Below are positions 22,621 through 32,525 of a DNA stretch of 64,000 nucleotides, piece after piece. The notes beneath the pieces were generated by a model, which saw only the letters and a list, made by a program, of their open reading frames with translations, was not told where the DNA came from and ran no database searches. Made by a program: the position numbers and the translations under genes. Numbering within the stretch: the stretch's first letter is position 1; each line of letters begins with the position of its first letter. Origin of the DNA: Microthrixaceae bacterium (GTDB taxonomy: Bacteria > Actinomycetota > Acidimicrobiia > Acidimicrobiales > Acidimicrobilacustridaceae); assembly GCA_947446975.1 (NCBI GenBank), contig CANFHM010000007.1, forward strand, positions 7,459-71,458, in the 5' to 3' direction.

Positions 22621-23959
22621 GGGTCACCGCCTTGGGGAATGCCACGGGCACCGAGATACGGGTCTGCTCTGCCTGGGTGATGCGCGCCTCGAACTCGGGG
22701 CGGAAGCGTTCCAGCGCCGAGGAGATGGGCGAGACGGCCGACGGGCCGAGCGGGCAGATGGTGGTCTGCTTCGGGGGCCAGGCGATCCCGGGGGAGATGT
22801 TGTCGCAGACGTCGAGCAGCAGCGCGAGGTCGGAGGGGCGGCCGTAGCCGTCGAGGATGCGCTGGAGGATCTTCTCGAGCCAGGTGGTTCCCTCACGGCA
22901 GGGGGTGCACTTGCCGCAGGATTCGCGGGCGAAGAAGCGCACGACGCGCAGACATGCCTTCACCGCATCGGTGGTCTCGTCCATGACGACGATGGCGCCC
23001 GAACCGAGCATCGAACCGGCGCGGTCGATGGTGACCTTCTCGAGCGGGAGATCGAGGTGCTCCTCGAAGAACCACGGAGCGGAGGCGCCGCCGGGGATGA
23101 ACGCCTTGATGGCGTTGTCATCACGGATGCCACCGGCGTACTCGGGCGAGAAGATGAGATCACGGAAGGTGGTGACGCCGTACTCGACCTCGAACACACC
23201 CGGGTTCTTCACATGACCCGACACGGCGAACATGCGGGTGCCGCGTGAGGTCTCGGCGCCGAGGGCGGCGAACGCCTCTCCCCCGTTGCGGACGATCCAG
23301 GGCAGGTTCGAGAGGGTCTCGACGTTGTTGACGATGGTGGGCTGCATGTAGAGGCCCTTGGCCGCCGGGAAGAACGGCGGCTTGAGGCGCGGCATCCCGC
23401 GGTTGCCCTCGAGGCTCTCGATGAGGGCGGTCTCCTCGCCCACGATGTAGGCGCCGGCACCCCAGGACAGCACGATGTCGACGGAGAACTCCGAGCCCAG
23501 GATGTTGCGGCCGATGTACCCGGCGGCGTAGGCGTCGTTGAGTGCCGCTGCGATGCGCTCCTGGGCCAGGGCCATCTCGCCCCGGACGTAGAGGAACGCC
23601 TGACCGCAGCCGATGGCGTAGCAGGCCAGCAGGACACCCTCGATGAGCTGATGGGGATCGCGCTCCATGAGGAGGCGGTCCTTGTAGGTGCCCGGCTCGG
23701 ATTCATCGCCGTTGACGACGAGATAGCGCGGCCAGACCTCGGCAGGTGCGAGCCCCCACTTCACGCCGGCCGGGAAGCCGGCGCCACCACGACCGAGCAG
23801 GCTGGCGGACTTCACCTCGTCGGCAACAGCGGCCGGAGCCATGCTGATCGCCTTGCGCAGGGCCTCGTAGCCACCGGTGGCCTCGTAGCGCGCAAGCGTG
23901 TGGCTGTCGTCGAACTCGAAGCGGGACGTGATGATGCGGGGGACGTCGGTGGTGCTCAT
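22613..23959 (-). CDS. nuoF: NADH-quinone oxidoreductase subunit F (FMN/NADH binding)
   Basis: Start moved to ATG 23959; GRGGAGFPAG, DESEPGT, GAYIVGEETAL, ESCGKCTPCREG. Confidence 0.95.
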   Translation of the reverse strand: MSTTDVPRIITSRFEFDDSHTLARYEATGGYEALRKAISMAPAAVADEVKSASLLGRGGAGFPAGVKWGLAPAEVWPRYLVVNGDESEPGTYKDRLLMERDPHQLIEGVLLACYAIGCGQAFLYVRGEMALAQERIAAALNDAYAAGYIGRNILGSEFSVDIVLSWGAGAYIVGEETALIESLEGNRGMPRLKPPFFPAAKGLYMQPTIVNNVETLSNLPWIVRNGGEAFAALGAETSRGTRMFAVSGHVKNPGVFEVEYGVTTFRDLIFSPEYAGGIRDDNAIKAFIPGGASAPWFFEEHLDLPLEKVTIDRAGSMLGSGAIVVMDETTDAVKACLRVVRFFARESCGKCTPCREGTTWLEKILQRILDGYGRPSDLALLLDVCDNISPGIAWPPKQTTICPLGPSAVSPISSALERFRPEFEARITQAEQTRISVPVAFPKAVTHA

Positions 23960-24573
23960 CAGGACTGAGCCTCCTGCGATGAAGCGAGCCAGACGGGATG
24001 GGCGGTGTTCTCGGGGGTGACGACCCCGGCACGGCGGTCGGCGGGGATGCGCTGACGCACCGTGGCGAGCGTGCCGTGCGGCGGGATGTCGGTGCGCGCC
24101 CCGGAACGGAGTTCGTCGACGAGCTGGTCGAACTCGGCGTTGGTGATCCGGTGGAAGTACCGGTAGTTGACCTGGAGGCACGGGGCCTCGGTGCAGGCCG
24201 CGATGCACTCGACGTCCTCGATGGTGAAGAGTCCGTCGGCGGTGGTCTGTCCGGGTCGGATGCCGAGGGTGGCCTCAGCGTGCTCGAGGAGTTCCTCGCC
24301 ACCCATCAGCTGGCAGGAGATGTTCGTGCAGATGTTGACCATGTAGCGGCCGACGGGCTCGAACTTGAACATCTCGTAGAACGAGGCCGTGCCCAGCACC
24401 TCTGCGGCGGAGACGCCGATCAGTTCGGCGATATGGGACATGGCGTCGTCGGTGACATGCCCGTCCTGCTCCTGGGCCAGATGCAGCAGCGGGATGAGCG
24501 CGGACTTGGGCCGCGGGTAGCGACCGATGATCTCGAGGGCGAGTTCGGTGTTCTCAGCGGTGAGTCGGGACAT
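23959..24573 (-). CDS. nuoE: NADH-quinone oxidoreductase subunit E ([2Fe-2S])
   Basis: CTNISC..CIAAC. Confidence 0.95.
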   Translation of the reverse strand: MSRLTAENTELALEIIGRYPRPKSALIPLLHLAQEQDGHVTDDAMSHIAELIGVSAAEVLGTASFYEMFKFEPVGRYMVNICTNISCQLMGGEELLEHAEATLGIRPGQTTADGLFTIEDVECIAACTEAPCLQVNYRYFHRITNAEFDQLVDELRSGARTDIPPHGTLATVRQRIPADRRAGVVTPENTAHPVWLASSQEAQS

Positions 24574-25907
24574 CAGCGATCGACCTCCCCGAGGATCGGA
24601 TCGACCGACGAGATGATGGCCACGGCGTCGGCGACGAGGTTGCCGTGCATGAGATGCGGGAGCGTCTGGAGGTTCACGAAACTGGGAGCCCGCACATGCA
24701 TGCGATACGGGGTGGGTGAGCCGTCGCTGACGATGTAGCAGCCGAGTTCGCCGCGGGGTGACTCGATGGACACATAGGCCTCACCCTCGGGAACCTTGAA
24801 TCCCTCGGTGAAGATCTTGAAGTGATGGATGAGCGCTTCCATGGACTCGTCGATGCGGGCACGAGGCGGCGGCGTGACCTTCTTGTCCTGGATCCGGTAG
24901 TCGCCCTTCGGCATGTTCTCGAGGCACTGGCGGACGATCTTCATCGACTCACGGATCTCGGCGAGACGGATGGCGAACCGGTCGAAGCAGTCGCCGTAGG
25001 AGCCGACGACGACATCGAAGTCGATCTGATCGAAGGCGAGGTACGGCATGTCGCGGCGCAGATCCCAGTCGTACCCGGTCGAGCGCAGGATGGGGCCGGT
25101 GACCCCGAGGGCGAGGCACTCCTCGGCCGAGATGACGCCGATTCCCTGCAGGCGCTCGCGCCAGATGGGCTGGTTGGTCATCAGCACGTCGTACTCGGCG
25201 AGGCGCGGCGGGAGCATGTCGAGCAGGCGCAGGATGCTGTCGCGCCAGCCGTCGGGGAGATCGGCGGCGACGCCACCCGGACGGATGTAGTTGTGGTTCA
25301 TGCGGAGGCCGGTGACCTCCTGCAGGAAGCGCAGCGCCTCTTCGCGCTCGCGCCAGCCGTAGAGCATCATCGACACCGCACCGAGGTCCATGCCGTTGGT
25401 GGCCATGAACAGCAGATGCGAGGAGATGCGATTCATCTCGGTCATGAGCATGCGGATCCAGACCGCTCGCTCGGGGACCTCGATGTCGAGGAGCTTCTCG
25501 ACCGTGAGGGAGAACGCCAGCTCGGTGAACAGCGGCGCGGCGTAATCCATGCGCGTGACGTTGGTGGGGCCCTGCAGATAGGTGAGGTCCTCACCGGTGC
25601 GCTCCATGCCGGTGTGGAGGTAGCCGATGATCGGCTTGCACCGAAGGACTGTTTCACCCTGCAGCTCGAGCATGAGCCGGAGCACACCGTGGGTGCTCGG
25701 ATGCTGCGGGCCCATGTTGATGATCATGGTCTCGTCGTCGGGCACCGAATCGAGCTCGGCGTCGAGGGCCTCGGACTCCGAGAGTCGCAGCACGGCACCG
25801 AGCTCGCGCAGCCGCTCACCGGCGGCGACGATGTCGCGGCTGGTGAGCTCCTGGGCGCCTTCGGCTGTCTGGGCGAGGTTGATGGGGGCGTCGTGTGTGG
25901 TGGTCAT
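24573..25907 (-). CDS. nuoD: NADH-quinone oxidoreductase subunit D (14-subunit operon)
   Basis: GPQHPSTHGVLR, GYLHTG, RMDY, GEVDR. Confidence 0.96.
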   Translation of the reverse strand: MTTTHDAPINLAQTAEGAQELTSRDIVAAGERLRELGAVLRLSESEALDAELDSVPDDETMIINMGPQHPSTHGVLRLMLELQGETVLRCKPIIGYLHTGMERTGEDLTYLQGPTNVTRMDYAAPLFTELAFSLTVEKLLDIEVPERAVWIRMLMTEMNRISSHLLFMATNGMDLGAVSMMLYGWREREEALRFLQEVTGLRMNHNYIRPGGVAADLPDGWRDSILRLLDMLPPRLAEYDVLMTNQPIWRERLQGIGVISAEECLALGVTGPILRSTGYDWDLRRDMPYLAFDQIDFDVVVGSYGDCFDRFAIRLAEIRESMKIVRQCLENMPKGDYRIQDKKVTPPPRARIDESMEALIHHFKIFTEGFKVPEGEAYVSIESPRGELGCYIVSDGSPTPYRMHVRAPSFVNLQTLPHLMHGNLVADAVAIISSVDPILGEVDR

Positions 25908-25918
25908 GGGTGCGTGAG

Positions 25919-26476
25919 CTATCGGGAGGCGGGTCGGTTCGCAGGAGCACCCTTGAACTGCACGGGGATGCGACCGGAGTCGTAGTCCTTGCGCAGCGGA
26001 TGACCCAGCCAGTCCTCGGGCATGAGGATGCGGGTGAGATCGGGATGGCCGTCGAAGGAGATCCCGAACATGTCGAAGGTCTCGCGTTCCATCGCCTCGG
26101 TGCCGGGATAGAGGTCGAAGGCACTGGCCAGACGAGCGTCGTCGACAGGGATCTGGATGCGCAGGCGGAGTCGGCCGCGCTCCTTGTGGTTGATGAGGTT
26201 GACCACGACCTCGAAGCGCTCCGTGGCGACAGAGGCCGGCACGCCGCTGCGACCGGGATGGGTCAGGTAGTCGACGCCACAGAGGTCGATGACCGAGTGG
26301 TACCCGGCCTCATGGAGCGTGCGCAGGAGCGCCGGATACTGCTCGCGTGTGGGATGCAGCACGAGCTGTCCGCCCGACCGCGTGAGCAGTGCGCCGAAGA
26401 GCTCCTCGGGGGCGACCTCGGGCGTGACCTCGACCTCGGCGTCGTCCGCTCCGGTGGGGGCGGTGTCGTCGGCCAT
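25919..26476 (-). CDS. nuoC: NADH-quinone oxidoreductase subunit C (14-subunit operon)
   Basis: ERETFDMFGISFDGHP, GHPLRKDY. Confidence 0.95.
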   Translation of the reverse strand: MADDTAPTGADDAEVEVTPEVAPEELFGALLTRSGGQLVLHPTREQYPALLRTLHEAGYHSVIDLCGVDYLTHPGRSGVPASVATERFEVVVNLINHKERGRLRLRIQIPVDDARLASAFDLYPGTEAMERETFDMFGISFDGHPDLTRILMPEDWLGHPLRKDYDSGRIPVQFKGAPANRPASR

Positions 26477-26478
26477 GG

Positions 26479-27066
26479 TCAGCTCCGTCCGAGCACGACG
26501 GGAGTGGGCCCGGCGGCTCCGACCTGCTCGATGACGATGCCCGCGCCCTGACCGGGGCGGCGGGTGAGCTCGCCGTCACGGATCTGCTGATGCAGGGTGA
26601 GGATGGCGTGCATGAGGGTCTCGGGCGACGGCGGGCAGCCCGGGGCGTACACATCGACGGGGACGATCTGATCGACGCCCTGCACGATGGCGTAGTTGTT
26701 GAACATGCCACCCGAGGAGGCGCACACACCCATGGAGATGACCCACTTGGGTTCCATCATCTGGTCGTAGATCTGACGGAGGACCGGCGCCATCTTCTGG
26801 GACACGCGACCGGCCACGATCATGAGATCGGCCTGGCGCGGGGAAGCCCGGAAGGTCTCCATGCCATAGCGGGAGAGGTCGTAGTGGGGACCGCCGGCGG
26901 CCATCATCTCGATGGCGCAGCATGCGAGACCGAAGGTGGCCGGCATGACGCTGTGGGACCGGGCCCACTTCACGAGGCCCTCGAGGGTGCCGGTGAGGAA
27001 GTTGTGGCTGAGTCCTTCGAGGCCGGCGTCGAGGAGCCCACCGGTGGGACGGGATTCGCTCGACAC
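26479..27066 (-). CDS. nuoB: NADH-quinone oxidoreductase subunit B (14-subunit operon)
   Basis: [21 protein letters not shown]. Confidence 0.95.
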   Translation of the reverse strand: MSSESRPTGGLLDAGLEGLSHNFLTGTLEGLVKWARSHSVMPATFGLACCAIEMMAAGGPHYDLSRYGMETFRASPRQADLMIVAGRVSQKMAPVLRQIYDQMMEPKWVISMGVCASSGGMFNNYAIVQGVDQIVPVDVYAPGCPPSPETLMHAILTLHQQIRDGELTRRPGQGAGIVIEQVGAAGPTPVVLGRS

Positions 27067-27542
27067 TATGCAGCTTCTTCCGAGGAGGTGGCCGGAGCGG
27101 GGTCGCGGCCTTCGAGACCGACGAGTCGGATGGTCGAGGACGCGGTGCGGGCCGGCGAGGTGATACCGCTGCGACGCAGCTGCTTGATGGGACCCCAGTC
27201 GAGTGCGCCGTTGCTGATGAGGTACACGAACGATTCGAAGACCGCCGCCGAGAAGATGACGATGGCAGCGATGCCGAACCCGCCGAGCGATCGGAACACG
27301 GTGGCGAACGGGAACAGGAAGATGACCTCGATGTCGAACACGATGAAGATCATCGCCACGAGGAAGAACTTCACCGGGAACCGCTCGGGGACGTCACGTC
27401 CGGGGACGATGCCGCACTCGTAGGGAGAGGACTTCGAGGCCGAGGGACGACGGGGAGCCAGGACCTTGGACACCACGATGCTGATCGCGGCGAACAGGAT
27501 GGCCAGCACCAGCATGGCGAGGATGGGGAGGTACTGACCCAC
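27066..27542 (-). CDS. nuoA: NADH-quinone oxidoreductase subunit A (14-subunit operon)
   Basis: [13 protein letters not shown]. Confidence 0.95.
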   Translation of the reverse strand: MGQYLPILAMLVLAILFAAISIVVSKVLAPRRPSASKSSPYECGIVPGRDVPERFPVKFFLVAMIFIVFDIEVIFLFPFATVFRSLGGFGIAAIVIFSAAVFESFVYLISNGALDWGPIKQLRRSGITSPARTASSTIRLVGLEGRDPAPATSSEEAA

Positions 27543-27545
27543 GGA

Positions 27546-28484
27546 TCAGGCCCCCTTGGCCGCGTCGGCGAGCGCCTTGTTCTTCATCAGGACCTTCTCA
27601 CGGTTGTGGAGGGTCCAGGCGAAGATGATGAACAGCGACACCGAGATGAGGAAGTACAGGAACGGGATGAGTCGGACGTTGCCGAGATCGCGGACCAGCA
27701 CCACCGAGTAGACCGGGGCCGAGGTGTCGACCTGCGGGAGGGGCGGCGGCTCACCGGGCTTGGCCTCCTGGGTGATCACCTTCTGCACCTGCACCACGGC
27801 GTAGTGGGTGGGGTGCTTGAAGGTGACGGCGAGCTTCACACGGAAGACCGCACGGCAGATCATGTCGGAATCGGCGCATTCGTTCTCGCGCTGGGGCTTG
27901 CCGCCGTACTCCCAGGTGTTGAGCTTCTTGTAGGCCGTGGGGCCGGTGAAGATGCCGGCGTTGACCAGCGCCACATCGGCGGCGGCCTGGGATTCACCGG
28001 CGGCCGAGGAGGCCACGAGGCTCCAGCCGTTCATGTTCTCCGAGTGGATGTACTCGGCGAGGATCTTCGGGTTGTTGGCCTGGAGATCCGAGAGCAGGAA
28101 GCCGTTCGGATAGTCGGCGGCCAGTTCCGGATGATCGGCGAGGATCTGGTCGGCGGTGGGGAGCGACGAGGGATCGGCGAGACCGCCCACCTGGGTGGTC
28201 TTCGGCGCACCCGAACCGTTCACGTAGATCTCGACCGGCTTCCATGAGGCATTGGTGCCGCGGGGACCGATGGCGGGCGGGGTGATCCACCAGATGAGCG
28301 TGAGGATCGTGAGCCAGCCGAACAGACCGGTGAGGGTGAGCAGCATGCCGAGACGCGCCCCGACGTTGCTGGACAGCAGCAACCACACCGAACCCATCAG
28401 CACCCCGACGCCGACGGAGACGACGAGGATGCCGCGGATGCCCGGGTTGAAGGCGATGCCGGCGAGGATCTGGAGATGGTGCAT
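27546..28484 (-). CDS. Hypothetical membrane protein (2 N-terminal TM, extracytoplasmic domain, 1 C-terminal TM)
   Basis: Start moved to ATG 28484, 2 nt after the cyt c stop; clear hydrophobic helices; no recognised family motif. Confidence 0.8.
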   Translation of the reverse strand: MHHLQILAGIAFNPGIRGILVVSVGVGVLMGSVWLLLSSNVGARLGMLLTLTGLFGWLTILTLIWWITPPAIGPRGTNASWKPVEIYVNGSGAPKTTQVGGLADPSSLPTADQILADHPELAADYPNGFLLSDLQANNPKILAEYIHSENMNGWSLVASSAAGESQAAADVALVNAGIFTGPTAYKKLNTWEYGGKPQRENECADSDMICRAVFRVKLAVTFKHPTHYAVVQVQKVITQEAKPGEPPPLPQVDTSAPVYSVVLVRDLGNVRLIPFLYFLISVSLFIIFAWTLHNREKVLMKNKALADAAKGA

Positions 28485-28486
28485 GG

Positions 28487-29593
28487 TCAGAGGCTCCGCT
28501 CGTAGGCGACGACAGCTGCGATCTGGTCCTGGGTCAGCATGACCTGATCGGGCGACATGATGGCAGTCTTCGGGTCGACGGCGTTCGGGTTCACGCCGAA
28601 GCTCCCCATCCGGCCGCTGGAGAGACCCTGGATGCCGTAGGAGGTCTGGGCCTTGGGATAGGCCGACACGAAGGCGACCTGCTGAGCAGCCGTCGGGAAC
28701 TGGCGGATCTCGGACCCGTTGGTCATGTTGGGACCGAAACCACCGCCACCGGGGACCTGGGCCTGACCGTAGGACCAGCCCTTGGTGTGGCAGCGGCCGC
28801 ATGAGTAGGCGCCACCGGCGAAGCTGTCGGTGTAGCCGAGGTTGAAGACGGCCTCACCGAGGGTCTTGTAGGGACCGCCGGGGACGGTGCAGTTGCCGGA
28901 GGCATCGGCGGCACAGGTCTTGTCGAGTTCCGCCTGCACAGCAGCGGTGGATTCCTCGGCCGGGATCTGGATCGAGATCAGGTACTCGATGACATCGGAG
29001 ATCTGCTGCTCGGTGAGCGGACCACCACCGGGAGCACCCCAGGCCGGCATCGGCGAGAAGCCGCGTCCGTAGTTGAGGATCAGGGTGACCTGCTCGGGCG
29101 TGTAGCGGTACATCACGGTATTGAGGGCGGGAGCGCGCCACGAGACCGCAGCCACGTAGTCGCCGGTGGCGGGATCGGTGATGGTGTAGTTGGCCACACC
29201 GCCCACGCCGTTGGGGCCATGGCAGCTCGCGCACTGGGCGCCGTTGATGTAGACGTTCTCACCGCGCTTGATCGCCTCTTCCTTGAAGGCGTCGACGGCG
29301 TTGGTCTGCCGGCTGGGCTCAGCCAGCCAGTAGAGCGGCAGAGCGATGCCGATCACTGCGAGGAGCACGAGGCCGGCACCGAGGGTGCGGTCGAGCTTCT
29401 TCGTCTCCAGTTCCTCGTCATCGAGGTAGGGCTTGCGGTTGGCGGCGAGTTCGACCTCGGAGCCGACCTCGGCGCGCCCCTTGCGCATGTTGAACAGGAT
29501 GGCGATGGCGAACGCCAGCAGCAGCAGCACACCGAGCACGATGCCGATGGTGCGGGCCGCATTGGCCAGGACGAGGGTCGAGGTGATGTGCAT
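28487..29593 (-). CDS. Membrane-anchored diheme cytochrome c
   Basis: Two N-terminal TM; CASCH..MPAW and CGRCH..MGSF (two His/Met hemes). Confidence 0.92.
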   Translation of the reverse strand: MHITSTLVLANAARTIGIVLGVLLLLAFAIAILFNMRKGRAEVGSEVELAANRKPYLDDEELETKKLDRTLGAGLVLLAVIGIALPLYWLAEPSRQTNAVDAFKEEAIKRGENVYINGAQCASCHGPNGVGGVANYTITDPATGDYVAAVSWRAPALNTVMYRYTPEQVTLILNYGRGFSPMPAWGAPGGGPLTEQQISDVIEYLISIQIPAEESTAAVQAELDKTCAADASGNCTVPGGPYKTLGEAVFNLGYTDSFAGGAYSCGRCHTKGWSYGQAQVPGGGGFGPNMTNGSEIRQFPTAAQQVAFVSAYPKAQTSYGIQGLSSGRMGSFGVNPNAVDPKTAIMSPDQVMLTQDQIAAVVAYERSL

Positions 29594-30438
29594 CAGTGTC
29601 CTCCGCCCACGCAGTGCGGGCCTTCAGCTTCTTGACCAGTGGTGTTGGTCCCGATGGGCGGACCCTGGAAGATCTGCCCGGTGTCGACGGTGAGCACGCC
29701 GGCGGTGACATCCATGGCGAAGCGATCCATGCCACGGGGGGCCGGACCACCCTTCTTCTCGCCGGCCTGGTTGTACTGCGAACCGTGGCAGGGGCACTCG
29801 AACCACTGCGAGGTCTGGCAGGACGGCACTCGGCAACCGAGATGCGGGCACTTCTGGTAGAGGGCGACGACGCCGGCCTCCATGCCGGGGAGCACCGCGG
29901 CCGGATACACGGCCTTGGCCTTCTCGACCGCCGAGGACGGATAGGCGGTGATCCACATACGACCCTCAGCGAGGTACAGGAAGCCCTTGCCGGCGGCGAT
30001 CTTGGCGAGGATGTCGCTCACGTTGCCGACACGGATCTTCGAGCCGAAGCCACCCTTCGGCACAGGCCACAGGAAGGCGACGAACGCCGCTCCGAAGCCG
30101 CTGAGGGTGAGCCCGATGAGGATGATGATCGAGCGGTTGAAGAACTGACGGCGGGTGACCCCGATGGCGTCGGCATCCGGCGGCACATAGGTGGCCACCG
30201 AGCTGGTGACCTTCTCGACGGAACCGGAGCGGCGCTCGATGGCCGCGGACTTCTCGACCTGTCGACCCGACAGAACGGCGTCCTCGGGGAGCGCAGCGGT
30301 CTCGGAGTGATCACGCTTGCGGGTCTCGCGGCTGAGCGCACCCGTGGCCCCACCGGAGTCGCTCCGACGGAGCGCGGCGAACACGACCACGCCGCCGAGG
30401 ATGATCACGATGGGGATGACGATGACGAGAGGATTCAT
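29593..30438 (-). CDS. Rieske [2Fe-2S] subunit of Rieske/cytochrome b complex
   Basis: CPHLGC and CPCHGSQY boxes; internal twin-arginine TRRQFF before a TM helix. Confidence 0.94.
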   Translation of the reverse strand: MNPLVIVIPIVIILGGVVVFAALRRSDSGGATGALSRETRKRDHSETAALPEDAVLSGRQVEKSAAIERRSGSVEKVTSSVATYVPPDADAIGVTRRQFFNRSIIILIGLTLSGFGAAFVAFLWPVPKGGFGSKIRVGNVSDILAKIAAGKGFLYLAEGRMWITAYPSSAVEKAKAVYPAAVLPGMEAGVVALYQKCPHLGCRVPSCQTSQWFECPCHGSQYNQAGEKKGGPAPRGMDRFAMDVTAGVLTVDTGQIFQGPPIGTNTTGQEAEGPHCVGGGH

Positions 30439-30461
30439 TGGGGGCTCCTACGTGTTCGTGA

Positions 30462-31235
30462 TCAGAGTTCGAAGAACAGGCCGGCGGTCCAGGGGGCGAC
30501 GAAGTTGAAGCCCGGACCCCGGAAGAATGAGCCGATGACGACCAGCACGGCCCAGAACATCATCTGGACGGTGAAGAGTGAGATGGCGAACTTGCGGTCC
30601 TCGGGCTTGTTCGACGGATTGCGGTCGATGTAGGGAGCGAGGATCAGCAGGAAGATGCCCATGCCCGGGATCGTCACACCGGCGACCATCGGGTGGAACA
30701 TGGTGAGCAGTTCCTGCAGACCGAGGAAGTACCAGGGCGCCTTCGACGGGTTCGGCGTGGAGTTGATGTTGGCCAGCGCCAGCAGCGGGGCGTTCATGAA
30801 GATCGAGAAGATCATCACGAAGGCGAACATCAGCAGCGAGGCGACGAACTCCACGGCGAGCAGATGGGGCCAGGTGTGGACCTTGTCGACGGGCACGGAC
30901 TTGACGTCCTGGATCGAACCCGCCTTGACCACCGTGAGCAGCCGCTGGGTGTGACCACCCGGACCGGTGGCGGTGGGAGGAGGTGCCGCAGCGGTGGCGA
31001 CCGCCGTGGCGACGCCGCCGCCGGTGGTGGCGACTGCGGTCTCGGTGACCGCACCCTTGGACTTTGCGGACTTGGAGCGCTCGAGGAGGTGCGCCGGGAT
31101 GCGGCTGGCCTCGCCCGAGGGCGCGGCGGTTTCAGCAGCCGGGGCAGCGGCCTCGGCGGGTGCCGCAGCCTGCTCAGCAGCCTTCTCGCGAGCGGCCTCG
31201 GCTCGCTTGCGGAGATGTTCGGGGATCTCGGTCAT
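30462..31235 (-). CDS. Cytochrome b C-terminal part (subunit IV / PetD-like)
   Basis: WPHLL, NPSKAPWYF (PEWY-equivalent), 3 TM, long Ala/Pro-rich N-terminal extension. Confidence 0.9.
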   Translation of the reverse strand: MTEIPEHLRKRAEAAREKAAEQAAAPAEAAAPAAETAAPSGEASRIPAHLLERSKSAKSKGAVTETAVATTGGGVATAVATAAAPPPTATGPGGHTQRLLTVVKAGSIQDVKSVPVDKVHTWPHLLAVEFVASLLMFAFVMIFSIFMNAPLLALANINSTPNPSKAPWYFLGLQELLTMFHPMVAGVTIPGMGIFLLILAPYIDRNPSNKPEDRKFAISLFTVQMMFWAVLVVIGSFFRGPGFNFVAPWTAGLFFEL

Positions 31236-31252
31236 GGTCTGGCCTCCTCAGA

Positions 31253-32035
31253 TCACAGGGGTCCGGAGATGCCGCCGTCCTTGCGGACCCGCCAGAAGTG
31301 GATCGCAAGGAAGATGACAGTCACGAATGGGACGAAGAGCACATGGAGCACGTACCAGCGCAGCAGGGTGTCGGTACCGATCTCCTTGCCGCCGAGCAGC
31401 ACGAACCGGACCTGGTTCCCGAACACCGGGGTGTACCCCATCATGTTGGTACCCACGGTCACAGCCCAGAGTGCGAGCTGATCCCACGGCAGCAGGTAGC
31501 CGGTGAACGAGAGCAGCAGGGTGAGGGTGAGCAGGATCACGCCGATCACCCAGTTGAACTCACGGGGCGGCTTGTAGGCGCCGTGGTAGAAGACGCGGGC
31601 CATGTGCAGGAACACCGACAGCACCATGAGATGGGCGGCCCATCTGTGCATGTTGCGCACGAGCAGACCGAAGGTGACCGAGGTCTGCAGCGTGTAGATG
31701 TCGTTCCAGGCCTGCGCCGCGGTCGGACGGTAGAAGAACATCAGGAAGATGCCCGTGACGGTCAGCAGGATGAACAGGAAGAAGCTGAGACCGCCGAGGC
31801 ACAGCGTGTAGCTGACCTTCACCGCGTGGCGCTTCACCTTCACCGGGTGCAGGTGGTACAGCACGCTGTTCATGATCACGTAGGACCGGTTGCGAGGGCT
31901 GTCGGTGTAGCCCTTGCGGAACACCGAGCCGGGCCGGAAGATCGAGTTCCAGGCCTGTGAGCCCTGGGTCTTGTCGACGAGTTCGCTGACCCGATCGGCA
32001 GGGGACTTCTTCGGACGCTCCATGGTCTTAGCCAA
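31253..32035 (-). CDS. Cytochrome b6-like subunit (PetB-like)
   Basis: CLGG heme-ci motif, HRWAAHLMVLSVFLH, GYLLPWDQ, second His pair 15 apart, ends GISGPL. Confidence 0.93.
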   Translation of the reverse strand: MAKTMERPKKSPADRVSELVDKTQGSQAWNSIFRPGSVFRKGYTDSPRNRSYVIMNSVLYHLHPVKVKRHAVKVSYTLCLGGLSFFLFILLTVTGIFLMFFYRPTAAQAWNDIYTLQTSVTFGLLVRNMHRWAAHLMVLSVFLHMARVFYHGAYKPPREFNWVIGVILLTLTLLLSFTGYLLPWDQLALWAVTVGTNMMGYTPVFGNQVRFVLLGGKEIGTDTLLRWYVLHVLFVPFVTVIFLAIHFWRVRKDGGISGPL

Positions 32036-32106
32036 GGGACTTCTCCATTGCTCTGGTTCTGGGAAGAGAGGGACGAACAGTCATGGGGGCGAGGGATGTC
32101 ATGGGA

Positions 32107-32523
32107 TCAACCGAGTCGCATTCCGTAGCCGTAGCCGTGGGTCGGCATGCGCTGGTGGGAGTCTCCGTCGGCCGGTGCGTCGCCGACCTTGCCCAAGATG
32201 ATCACGCCGGTGGGGCAGCGGTCCACGCAGAGCGCACATCTCGTGCAGACATCGTCGTCGATGAGGAAGACGGACTGATCGCCGGGGTCCTCACCGGGGA
32301 GTTCGGTGCCGAGTGCCTCGGCGATGGAATCGGTGCGCACCAGATGGATGCACTTCCACGGGCAGATGTCGACGCAGCCCTCGCAGGTGATGCACTCGGA
32401 CTGGTCGATGTGGATGAACTGCTTCGGCTTCACGGCCTTCGAGAGCCATGCCGCGTCGACTTCCTGGAGCTGATAATCGGCCCGGAACTCGGGCATCGGC
32501 GGGTTGGCGTCGACGCGAGCCAT
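32107..32523 (-). CDS. 2x[4Fe-4S] dicluster ferredoxin
   Basis: CITCEGCVDICP and CTRCALCVDRCP; no TM or signal peptide. Confidence 0.92.
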   Translation of the reverse strand: MARVDANPPMPEFRADYQLQEVDAAWLSKAVKPKQFIHIDQSECITCEGCVDICPWKCIHLVRTDSIAEALGTELPGEDPGDQSVFLIDDDVCTRCALCVDRCPTGVIILGKVGDAPADGDSHQRMPTHGYGYGMRLG

Positions 32524-32525
32524 GA

